Source: Heterodontus francisci (lineage: Eukaryota). From it: 64,000 nucleotides of DNA. Below the pieces are notes generated by a model, which searched no databases, was not told the DNA's origin, and saw nothing but the letters and a program-made list of their open reading frames with translations. The translations under genes were made by a program, and so were the position numbers. Shown here piece by piece: positions 38,516-49,441 of the stretch (position 1 is its first letter; every line of letters starts with the position of its first letter). The stretch covers positions 1,922,001 to 1,986,000 of the forward strand of contig NW_027140807.1 of the NCBI RefSeq assembly GCF_036365525.1, given 5' to 3'.

Positions 38516-38554
38516 CACAGTGATTCAAACAGGAGCAGGGCTGGGTCAAAAACA
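38516..38554 (+). other. 23-RSS of V6
   Basis: CACAGTG - 23 bp - TCAAAAACA. Confidence 0.93.
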
Positions 38555-39269
38555 TACCACCCTCTTATACTGTGAGTGTTAGAGAGGAAAACTCAAGGAA
38601 GCAGAGCTCATAAAGACAGCTGTTCATTGATGAAACTTTGCAGAGTTTTCCAACAACTTTCAGAGTGTAGAAATAATCCAATAGTTTCTCAGTGCTCCCA
38701 GAGAGACAGCTCAAAATCCAGTTCCACACTTCAGTACTTTCCAAAGCGGATGAAATAATCTGCAAAGAATTGGACAATCATACAGGACAGAGGAGGCAAT
38801 TCGGCCCATCGTTCCTGTGCCAGCACTTCGGAAGATCTACTTATTTCATCCCACTCTCCTGCTCTTTCCTCAATGGGAGGCAGATATTTCCTGTTCAAAT
38901 ATATTTCCCAATCTCCTTTCTAATTTACTGCTGAATTTGCTTCCTCCATCCTTTCAGGCATCGCATTCCTGATCAAAATAACTCAACAAGTTAAAAGAAA
39001 AATCTCTTCGTCTGTGCTGGTATTGTCTGTGTGAGTCTGCATCTCTATCTTTCAGCTTGCAAGCAGCTCTTAAAGTGATAAATAGATGGCTTGGTTCTGC
39101 TGAAAGACAGAACTATCAAAGTTCCGATGGATAGATACATGTTATTGTCTTAGAATATCACCCTGTACCGTTTAAACTGACCATTGTTGTGTTTATCACA
39201 AATTTTACCCAATTTTGATCATCTGGTTAGCAATCAAGTTACTGCCACTTATCATCGACATTCCTCATC

Positions 39270-39930
39270 ACAGAATCAGAGAATTGGTACAGTACAGGAG
39301 GCCATTCGGCCCATCGTGTCAGAACTGGCCCTCCGAATGAGCAATTCACTTAGTCCCATTCCCCCGCCTTCTTCCCGTAACCCTGCACATTCTTCCTTTT
39401 TCATAAGTCCCTTTTGAATGCCCCGATTGAACGTGCCCTCATCATACTCTCTGGGCCTGCACTCCAGACATTGACCACTCGCTGTGTGAATCAATTTTTT
39501 CCTCATGTCACTTTTACTTCTTTTTCCAATTAGTTTAAATCTGTGCCCTCTCATTCTCCATCCTTTCACGATTGGGAGCAGTTTCTCTCTATCTGTTCTG
39601 TCCCGAAACCTCATGATTTTGAATCCCCCTATCAAATCACCTCTCAGCCTTCTCTCCTCCAAGGCAAGTAATCCCAACTTCTCCAATCTATCATCATAAC
39701 TGAGTTCCCTCACCCGTGGAGCCATTCTCCTGAATCTTTCCCTCACTCTCTCCAATTCTTTCATTTCTTTCCTCAAGTGCGGCTCCCAGAACTGGACACA
39801 ATACTCCAGCTGAGGTCGAACTAGTGTCTTATACAAGTTCAACTTATTTCCTTGCTCTTGTACTCTATGCCCCTTTTAATAAAGCCCAGGATACTGTATG
39901 CTTTATTAACTGCTCTCTCAACCTGTCCAG
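39270..39930 (-). mobile_element. CR1 LINE 3' fragment
   Basis: ORF 39276..39842 LYKTLVRPQLEYCVQFW. Confidence 0.9.
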
Positions 39931-40271
39931 CGCCAACCATGAATAATGCTTGTGGTTAATCTGCGTATCAGTATCTTTTTATTGACAAACCGCTAACTTA
40001 TCAATCTCATTTTCAGAAATTATATTCCGATATCCCTAGGTAGAGCAATCCCCACCTTCCTGGAATGCACTGTCTCATAACTGCATTCAGTTCACGTACT
40101 TTGGTCTAACGAAGGCACAGCAGGAATTCCCAGGCGCTGGGGCCGGGATTTCAGCTGAAACTTGGTCCAACTGGTGGAGGGTCCATCGAGCTGACTGAGA
40201 CCGTCACTGGTGTCACAGTGAATCTCAACAATAAGGTTTATCTGGTATCTCTCAGCTCTGTACTCTCTGAA

Positions 40272-43200
40272 TTAAACTGTGTTGGGTTCTATCACTAAGC
40301 TAAACAGGGCACTGGTATGGAAGGCTGCATTCTGAAGAGGCAGGCTTTGGAATGCAGGATTTGCCAGATGCCAAAAAAACCAGGACACCTCGTTCACCTT
40401 CTGGTATCCTTGTAGACCAATAATGTCGTTGTTGATGATCATGGCCTTTGTAACCGTAGTTGTTCTGTTCCAGGACGGGTATTCCAGCAATGATGCACAG
40501 CATAAAGCTGCTGGATTGGCGGAAAGAGCCACCTGGATCATTGATATCCTTTAGGGAAGGAATTTTGCCTCCCACACCCAGTCTGGACTCTCAGTGACTC
40601 CAGACCCCGGCAGCAGTGCTGTTCACCCTTCACTGCCCTGAGGAATGGGCCTAGTAAGCCACGCAGTTGCATTCAAGAAGAAGTCTGCTCAAGAGCGTTT
40701 AGACTTGGGAATAAACGTGGCCCTCGCCAGCCCTCATCCCGTAACAGAACAGAAATAAACCAATTGCGGTGACTTGATCTACAACAGGGCCCAGGCATGA
40801 GGTGTGGAAAGCACCAAAATGTCAGGCCCAAAGTCCCTGTTCCTCCCAAGCAGGCAGCTCTTGGCACATGTCATGTCTCAAATTAATCATCGACTGCATC
40901 CCAAAAAAGTTCCTCACTGAAGGAAATCTATCAAATCTGGATTTGGATGGATCAATACCACGGGGCAAACACAGTCTTAGGGCCCCTATTGAAAAAGGAA
41001 TGACCGGTGTCTCATTGACATACTTCCACATGTCATGGTAAATCTCTTCAACACTGACCTGTTCAGATGATAACCAGCCTGCTCTTGACAGAATTCCCTG
41101 GTGTACCGGGAGGAATTTGTCCCAGGGCAATTCCTACTCCAACACAGCCATATAAGTAGGGTTTGCTTGACTGGAACCCTGTCTGCAGTGAGAATGCACC
41201 CATAGAGATAACAGATAAGGCTCACCGACTCCCAATAGCTTTGTTGTCACGCTTCATATGCCAAAGGGTGGAGAATAGTTTTACTTTTCTTAAATAAAGG
41301 AAATGATGTCAAGTTGTTCCTTTCTGATCTGTCCACATTGTAGCATCACAGAAAGATTCAACACAAAGGAGATCATACCGCCTCTGCTTGCTTTTGTGAA
41401 AATATCTATCCAGTTAGTCCCACTTTCCTGCCCTTTTGCCCTAGTCCTGGAAATCTTCTGCTCCAAGGATCTATCCAATTCCCTTTTGAAAGCTGAATCC
41501 CATTCCACTGCCCTTTCAGGCGATGTGTTCCAGATCATTAATACCCGTCCCACTCAGAATCTTTCTCCTCGTCCCGCTTCTGCTTCTTTTGCCACTGACC
41601 CTAAATCTGCGCCTCCCTGGTTAGCGACCTTCCTGCCACAGAAAACAGCTTCTCCCTGTTCAATTTATCAAAACCCTTCCTGATTTCCAACACAACCTTC
41701 CTCTGGGTCCCTTAACTTTCTCTGCTCTGATTATAATTCATTCCGATCACCTGGAAATTGCACTGAAATCGATAAACTTCCCTTATCAAGATCTGGTTTG
41801 GCCTGTAACTGGCTTCAGGGTTTGCCATGACGAGACTTCATGGTCAAATGAAACACGGGTTAGACCGGAAGAGAAAGATAATATTTTAGACCGTATGTGA
41901 TGACACAATGACCTGACACTGCAAACGCGCAGGAACCACTTACATCAGAACATTAGAAAATAGGAGCAGGAGTAAGCCATTCGGCCCGTCGAAACTGCTC
42001 CTCCACGTAATGTAGATCTTGAGGATCTGCTACCTTTACTCCACTTTCCCGCCATATTCCTACATCCACGGATTCCCTTGGTGCCTAAAATCTATGGATC
42101 TCATGTCTTCAATATTCTCAATGACTGAGAATCCAAAGCTCTCTGAATTCCAAAGAGTCATAACCCTCTGAGTGAAGACATTCCTCCTCATCTAAGTACG
42201 ATAGATGGACCCCTTATCTTGAAGATTCGACTCCTTATTTCTAGGTTCTCTAGCCAGGGGGGAAGCAGCCTCTCAGTGTGTACCATGTCAAACCCGCTCA
42301 TAATCTTGTACGTTTCAAATGGATCACCTCTGATTCCAGACAATAACTGCCCATTCGACTCAATTTCTCCTCATTGGGCAGCCTTCTCCTCCTTGGAACC
42401 AATTGAGTGAACCTTCGTTGCAACCTCCTCTAAGGCAAATACATGCTTCCGTAGATAAGGAGAGCAACACTCTACACAACACTAAAGGTGTGTTGTTACC
42501 AAAGTCCGAACTCGCTGCAGAAAGATTTCCTTACTCTTATGTTTCAAACGCCTTACAATAAAAGCTAACATGCTACTCGCATTCCTAATTCCTTGCTGCA
42601 CATTGATGTAAAATTGCTCTGATTCATATACACGGGTCCCTCTTGCAATATCAATAATGGGAAGAATGTTGTCATTGAAATTACTCACCCTGTTTCTCGA
42701 CCACTTTTGCTGCAACCCCAGATATTTTCAGATTGGACTGAAGTTCCCGAAATCTACAACATTCCGTCATTTCTTTTCTTTAGCTTTTATGAAGTGGAAG
42801 ACTTTTAATGGGCTCCTGACGGTAAGATGTCCTCCAGCCTTTACGGATTCGAGATGCTGTGCACATTTCCAACCTCCATTATGCCAGTGGAGTCGAAAGT
42901 GAGTTCCTTAGCTGATGTGTTCTCTGATGATTGAAGCAAAATTGCAGGGACGCAGATCAGAAGTCTTTTCCACGTGCCAACAAGATAGTAACCCTTTACT
43001 TGCAGGGTCCAAGATCGAGCAGCGTGATAAAACTGCCGGTTGGCACCCTGTCTCGAAATTCCAATGTGAGGTGAATGCACATAACCAGGAATGAATTCCA
43101 ACTGATGCATCTTAGATCCAATAGTGTTAGTGGAGGGGTTGCGGGGGTGGGGAGTTTCGCTCCATTTGTCACGATCTGGTCATCTTTGCACATGGCAATA

Positions 43201-43300
43201 AATAATCCGACATCTCACTGGAAGTAGGTAGCATTGATCATACTCGGACTGCGACTCCTTTACGTCAGATGGATGATCCAAATGATGAATGGTGATGAAA
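40272..43300 (-). pseudogene. Heavily decayed DBH/MOXD-like copper monooxygenase pseudogene (pieces at about 43300-42770, 41870-41751, 41058-40830, 40532-40272)
   Basis: Collinear motifs compared from memory with DBH/MOXD1: GYVHSPHIGIS (GFSYPPHVGLS), STGIMEVG (NAGIMELG), LEDILPSG (LALPPSG), SYRPNQILIRE..SVQFP|G with a GT donor (HYSPHFQEIR..SVHP|G). Many stops and frameshifts. Confidence 0.55.
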
Positions 43301-43310
43301 ATTCCCTCTG

Positions 43311-43329
43311 CGGCCGCCAGAGGGCGCGA
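43311..43329 (+). promoter_or_regulatory. Strong CTCF motif in the V-D intergenic region
   Basis: CGGCCGCCAGAGGGCGCGA. Confidence 0.7.
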
Positions 43330-43405
43330 TCACTCGCTGAATGGAAATTCATTGTCTCTCCATCTGATCGAATCCTATTTGCAGCCACAAGTTCTGCGGA
43401 GAACT

Positions 43406-43419
43406 GCGCCATCTCCTGG
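43406..43419 (-). promoter_or_regulatory. CTCF motif, opposite orientation
   Basis: Minus strand CCAGGAGATGGCGC. Confidence 0.55.
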
Positions 43420-43439
43420 TGGAAACTGAGAATGACCAA

Positions 43440-43745
43440 ACAATCTGTTTTAGTTAAGTTGGTTTAGGGATGTCTATTGCCCCAGATAATCCTCCAGAAT
43501 GCTCCTGTTATTCTCCGAAATAGTGGCTATGGGATCATTCCCGTCTGCAGTCGGGACCTCGTTTTAACATCTCAGCCAAAATAAAGAGAGTACCTCGGTG
43601 CTACACCTCCACACGGTGCAGCACTTTCTCTGTCCTGCACTGGGAGTGTCATCCTAGATTTTATGCTTAAATCATGGTGCGGGGACTTAAACCCACAAAC
43701 CTCTGACTCAGTGCCGAGGTACTCCCCACTAAACCACGGCTGATA
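43440..43745 (-). mobile_element. Deu-type tRNA-derived SINE fragment
   Basis: Reverse-complement similarity to the 11141-11715 SINE, with a tRNA-like head near 43680-43745. Confidence 0.7.
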
Positions 43746-44700
43746 TATAAAGACACATCAGAGGAAGTGGTCAGTCATACAGGGTGCTTTGAGGTTCTCC
43801 CATCTGTAGAGATGATGAATACTGCATGGCATTTTGAAACAACCAGCACTCTGTAGACTAATCAGGAAACCAAGAGTCGGATACACATTTTTTGATGAGG
43901 TAACAGAGAGGGTTAATGAGGGTATTGCGGTTGATGTGGTGTACATGAACTTCAAAAAAAGCGTTTGATAAAGTACTTCATAACAGGCTTGTCAGCAAAG
44001 ATAAAGCCCATGCAATAAAAGGGGCATTATCAACATGGATACAAAGCAACATGGAACAGAGTAGTGGTAAACAGTTGGTGTTCATTCTGAAGGAAGGTAT
44101 ATAGTGGGGTTCTCCAGGGACCACTGCTTGTCTTGATCGATATTAATAACATAGACTTGCGTGTGCAGGGCACATTTGCAAACTTTGCAGCATTGTGAAC
44201 CGTGAGGAGGATGGTGATAGATTTTAAGAGGACGTTACATCAAGCGACAACATACAAGTGCTGAAAACTATAGCAACAGGACGCGAAATCCCGGTCGTGA
44301 CAAATTCGAATCAAATTTTCAGTGAATGCAGAGTTTAATTCGTCTCCCCCCGTGGAAGAAACGTCAAGCGAAACTGCCGACAGAGTCCGTTTCTGGAAGA
44401 CATGTTCCAAGTCCCAAACCTCCTGTTCACAGGTCAGCACGAGCGTGTAATTAAACAGCTGCAGTTTGCATTTATGTAGCGACTTCACCGTCCCGAGATA
44501 AATGGCCCGAAGAGTGTAAATCTGCCAACTATTTGACACAGAGTTACAGCAGAAATTGTTACGAGGTGTGGGCCAAAGCTGGGAAGATTTGGAGGAGAGA
44601 GATGTGGAGGGGGTTTGGGAGGGAATGGCAGACCTGAGGTCGCTGTCAGAGGAAGGAACGGCTGTGAAATGAAGAAGCGATTAGGATTAGTGGAGCAATA

Positions 44701-44714
44701 GCGCCACCTACCGC
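44701..44714 (-). promoter_or_regulatory. CTCF-like motif
   Basis: Minus strand GCGGTAGGTGGCGC(TA). Confidence 0.45.
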
Positions 44715-44747
44715 CCATCGATCACCAATGCAGCTAATTTCGTTAAT

Positions 44748-45560
44748 TCAGTACTGAGGGAGTGCTGCATTGTTGGAGGGTCAGTACTGAGGGAGTGCTG
44801 CACTGTTGGAGAGTCAGTACTGAGGGAGTGCTGCACCATCAGATGGTCAGCACTGAGGGAGTGCTGCACTGTCCGAGGGTCAGTACTGAGGGAGTGCTGC
44901 ATGTCAGAGTGTCAGTACTGAGGGAGTGCTGCACTGTCAGAGGGTTAGTACTGAGGTAATGCTGCACTGTCAGAGGGTCAGTACTGAGGGAGCACTGCAC
45001 TGGCAGAGTGTCTGTACTGAGAGAGTGCTGCATGACAGAGTGTCTGTACTGAGGGATTGCAGCACTGTCAGAGGGTCAGTACTGAGGGAGTGCTGCTCTG
45101 TCACAGTGTCAGTACTGAGGGAGTGCTGCACTGTCAGAGTGTCAGTACTGAGAGAGTGCTGCACTGTCAGAGGGGCAGTACTGAGGGAGTGCTGCACTCT
45201 CAGATGGTCAGTACTGAGGGAGTGCTGCACTGTCAGTGGGTCAGTACTGAGGGAGTGCTGCACTGTCTGAGTGTCAGTACTGAGGGAGTGCTGCACTGTC
45301 AGAGTGTCAGTACTGAGAGAGTGCTGCACTGTCAGATGGTCAGTACTGAGGGAGTGCTGCACTGTCTGAGTGTCCGAACTGAGGGAGTGCTGCACTGTCA
45401 GAGGGTCAGTACTGAGGGAGTGCTGCACTGTCAGAGGGTCAGTACTGAGGGAGTGCTGCACTGTCAGAGGGTCAGTACTGAGGAAGTGATGCACTGTCCG
45501 AGGGTCAGTACTGTGGGAGTGCTGCACTCTCAGACGGTCAGTGCAGAGGGAGTGCTGAAT
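44748..45560. repeat. 33-bp SINE-derived tandem repeat
   Basis: Same unit as 11141-11405; 11-aa periodic ORFs. Confidence 0.95.
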
Positions 45561-46774
45561 TTGCACCTGAGATTTTAAACCAGCGACTGGTCTGCCTTCT
45601 CAGGTGAGACACACTATACCCCTTGGACTGTGTCCTGAGGCAAATCGCAAAGAAACATGCCATTCGGCCCAACACATGCATGCTGGCGTTCATCCTCCAC
45701 ACGAGCTTCCTCGCTCCCGTCTTCATCTCACCCCATCAGTAGATCCTTCCAAATCTCCCCCACCCCCATTTGTTTATCCAGATTCCCTCTTGAATACATC
45801 TCCGCTATTCACCTATCCAACTCCCTACTTCCTCCCACTCTCTGGGTAAAGAGGTTTCTCCTGAATTCCCGATGTTATTTATTAGTGACTATCTTTCTAT
45901 TGATGGTTCGGAGTTCCTGACTCCCCCACAAGTGAAAACATCTTTTGCACGTCAACCCTATCAAAAACTCTTTCATAATCTTAAATCCATCCATCAGATC
46001 ACCCTTCAGCCTTCTCTTTACAGCCCTTCCTGATAATTATAACCTCTCAGTTCTGATATCATCCTTGTCATTACTTTTTTGCCGCTTCTCCTGTATCTCT
46101 ATATCTCTTTAAAATGAATACCAGAACTGTGAAAAGTGCTCGAACTGTGGCCTAAGCTAGATTCAATACAAGTTTAACATGACTTCTCATCGCTCTATAA
46201 TGTCCAGGGAACATTTAGAAGCAGCAATAGATTCCTACTTTGTGCCATGTTTGCAAAAGGACAAAGGGAAATGTACTTACTTTGATGACTCCATAATCGC
46301 CTTTCTTTGAAAATGTTTTGTGTCCATATCCCAATCCTTCATTCAATGTCCGCCTTTATTGTTAGAAATTTTTTGAACCTCTTGAACCCAGAACCTCGCG
46401 TTACCTTCATCTGAAGAGCAAGCAGCATCAGAACCGAACAAAAGAGGAAAACCCTCAATGTTAGAGTTGAGGACCAGGTGCATGGGCGATGGCTGTTGGT
46501 GTGCAGACAGATCAGCTGAAATGATAACAGCACCGCAACAGAACACCTGGGAACTTGCACACCCCTGGTTTGGCAGACCTGGGACTCTCTCAGTGATAGG
46601 TGAAGAGATTGCAGTGTACACGATTTACTGTATACATTAAGTGTGTTCTGTTTGAGGACCCGTAGCCGGTGCTTCCTGAGATCCTGCAGGTTGTGGAGGG
46701 ACAATGCAGGTAAAGAAAAGGGTAAGGAACGGAGGCAGAGATTGGGATAAGGGGTGCAACAGAGGGAAGGAATT

Positions 46775-47119
46775 NNNNNNNNNNNNNNNNNNNNNNNNNN
46801 NNNNNNNNNNNNNNNNNNNNNNNNNNNNNNNNNNNNNNNNNNNNNNNNNNNNNNNNNNNNNNNNNNNNNNNNNNNNNNNNNNNNNNNNNNNNNNNNNNNN
46901 NNNNNNNNNNNNNNNNNNNNNNNNNNNNNNNNNNNNNNNNNNNNNNNNNNNNNNNNNNNNNNNNNNNNNNNNNNNNNNNNNNNNNNNNNNNNNNNNNNNN
47001 NNNNNNNNNNNNNNNNNNNNNNNNNNNNNNNNNNNNNNNNNNNNNNNNNNNNNNNNNNNNNNNNNNNNNNNNNNNNNNNNNNNNNNNNNNNNNNNNNNNN
47101 NNNNNNNNNNNNNNNNNNN
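46775..47119. other. Assembly gap (N run)
   Basis: Run of N. The paralogous position in unit 2 (about 56720-56850) is GA-rich low-complexity DNA. Confidence 1.
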
Positions 47120-47740
47120 GTCTTCCACCTGTTTCTGTGTAACAGACTGGAGAGGGGCTGAATGCCCTCTTCCTGTTCCTGTGGAACAGACTGGAGAGGG
47201 GCTGAATGTCCTCCTCCTGTTCCTGTGTAACAGACTGGAGAGGGGCTGAATGCCCTCCTCCTGTTCCTGTGTAGCAGGCTCTAGAGGGGCTGAATGTCCT
47301 GCTCCTATTCCTGTGCAACAGACTGGAGAGGGGCTGAATGTCCTCCTCCTGTTTCTGTGTAACAGACTGGAGAGGGACTGAATGTCCTCCTCCTGTTTCT
47401 GTGTAACAGACTGGAGAGGGGCTAAATGGCCTCCTCCTGTTCCTGTGAAACACAATGGAGAGGGGCTGAATGTCCTCCTCCTGTTCCTGTGTAGCAGGCT
47501 CTAGAGGGACTGAATGTCCTCCTCCTGTTCCTGCGTAACAGACTGGAGAGGGGCTGAATGCCCACCTCCTGTTCCTGTGTAGCAGGCTCTAGAGGGGCTG
47601 AATGTCCTCCTCCTGTTCCTGCGTAACAGACTGGAGAGGGGCTGAATGCCCTCCTCCTGTTCCTGTGTAGCAGGTTCTAGAGGGGCTGAATGTCCTCCTC
47701 CTGCGAATGTGAAACAGCTTTGAGAGGTTCTGAATGGCCT
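47120..47740. repeat. 44-bp tandem repeat derived from a CR1 3' tail (AGAGGGGCTGAATGTCCTCCTCCTGTTCCTGTGTAACAGACTGG)
   Basis: Period 44. Shorter versions occur at 56845-57030 and 5310-5490. Confidence 0.92.
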
Positions 47741-47855
47741 CGAATTGTGCTCCGAAGGTCTAAGTAAACTTCAGCACCTCAGTCTCAACTGCCGTCACCA
47801 GGTGAAACCCTCGGGAGCCGTTTAAGCGGATAGGAAATGTAAATTTCGTGTTCCG

Positions 47856-47935
47856 CTTTTTTGTATGAGTGTCTATCACCGTGGGGACAGCAGGGACACG
47901 GTGATAAAATCCAATGCAACCTCCGTACAAAAACC
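47856..47935 (+). CDS. TRBD: TCR beta D segment D1 (coding 47884-47896 GGGACAGCAGGGA) with 5' 12-RSS and 3' 23-RSS
   Basis: CTTTTTTGT-12-CACCGTG | D | CACGGTG-23-ACAAAAACC. Open in all 3 frames (GTAG/GQQG/DSR). Confidence 0.97.
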
Positions 47936-48418
47936 TCGTTCAACACACCTGGTGGAGGATCAGCAGAAGAGCAGTGACAACAGAGTAAAGGAGTCAACAT
48001 GGCCCTGGATTATGGCGGGAACAGGGCCGTTTTTATTATAAAGATGTCTCAGAATGGTCCAGCCTTATAACCTGGAATATTCCTCTGGAAAATAGAATAA
48101 CTGTGTCATTTGTGTGGAAACTGGTTACTCTTTAACCTTTAAACCCCACCCTGGTGTCCTGGGACCAATATTGATCCCTCAACCAACATCACAAAGAATG
48201 ATGTGCTCATTAATCTCATTGCTGTTTGATGGGACTTCCTTGGTACAATATCAGTTGCTGCGTCTCCCTGTGTGACTACTTCCTAAACAAACTGCTTCAT
48301 TGGCTGTAAGCTGCTTTCTGTGTCCTGATTGTCTTGACCAGTGCTTCCTAAATGCTGAGCAGGTCACTTTTAGCAATCAGTTTCTGACCGGGTTGATGTA
48401 ACGTGATCTGCTGACGTG

Positions 48419-48469
48419 CTACCAACACACCACTCAACTTCGGGACCGGCACCAAACTGACAGTGATAG
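48419..48469 (+). CDS. TRBJ: J1.1 TNTPLNFGTGTKLTVI
   Basis: GGTTGATGT-12-TGACGTG; FGxG; GTAAG donor. Confidence 0.9.
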
Positions 48470-48710
48470 GTAAGATAATGGGGCGTTTTTCCCCCACTCC
48501 CTTCATGTCCAGCTGTTTGTATTCCAAGCTTATTCCCCCCAACCCTCCGCGGGCGGTTTAAAAAGTCAGGCTGATGACACTGGCCCTTCTTTCTGGTTTG
48601 CAAAGACCAGTCCAATATGACCCTGGCCTCTAAACCACCCCGTCCTGTCTCGTTCAGTTACAAGGGGAACATCTCCCGGGTCTGTTCATGACTGAGTTTA
48701 GAGCATCGTG

Positions 48711-48758
48711 CAAAAGACATAGCTTACTTCGGCGATGGGACCAAGTTGACAGTTTTGG
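48711..48758 (+). CDS. TRBJ: J1.2 KDIAYFGDGTKLTVL
   Basis: TGTTCATGA-12-CATCGTG; GTAAG donor. Confidence 0.9.
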
Positions 48759-49391
48759 GTAAGGTGACTCTGTATTTCTGTTCCTCCTATCGATCAGAAT
48801 CTATATCTAGTTAAAAAATCACCAGGAGTAATGTTCAGATATGAGATACATTAAAGGGTTAACTCATGAGGACTGGTTACTCAGACTAAGCTGACAGTCC
48901 CTCGAATATAGAACATTAAGGGCTGATATAATGGAGGGGTTTGAGGTGTTGGATAGATAGAGAGAGAAACTGCTTTCTCACGTTGGGGAGTGTCCAGAAC
49001 AATTTAAATTATCACCTTTCAGGGGTGATATCAGGAAGCACTTCTTCACACAAAGGGTAGTGGAAATCAGGAACTCTCTCCCCCTCCTTCTCTCCCCAAA
49101 ACAATCTGTTGAGACTGGGGGTCAATTGATAAATTCAAATCCAAGATTGATCGACCTGTGTAAAACAAAAATATTGAGGGTTGCAGAACCAAGGAGGGAT
49201 GATGGAGTTAAGATTCAGATCAACCCTGAAATAACTGAATGGTGGAACAGGCTCGAAGGGCTGAATGGCCACCTCCTGTCCCCATGTTCCTACGACCTGT
49301 ACGGTCATTTACATAATAGGAACTTCAATGGAACAGAATTAACAATCTAAGGGGATTGGGGGGGATTTTGTGACAGCCCCATACCAGTGTG

Positions 49392-49441
49392 CTCCAATAC
49401 CGAAGAATATTTCGGAGATGGGACCAAACTGGTGGTTTTAG
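49392..49441 (+). CDS. TRBJ: J1.3 SNTEEYFGDGTKLVVL
   Basis: GGATTTTGT-13-CAGTGTG; GTGAG donor. Confidence 0.93.

Noticed and set aside
44708-45578. Periodic ORFs and a CRISPR-like appearance of the 33-, 37- and 44-bp arrays
   Set aside because: Head-to-tail tandem repeats without unique spacers, derived from SINE/LINE sequence in a vertebrate genome; no cas genes.
46339-47455. ORFs upstream of D1, including those spanning N runs
   Set aside because: Frames are not conserved in the paralog at 56421-56700 and the longer ORFs are gap/repeat artefacts.
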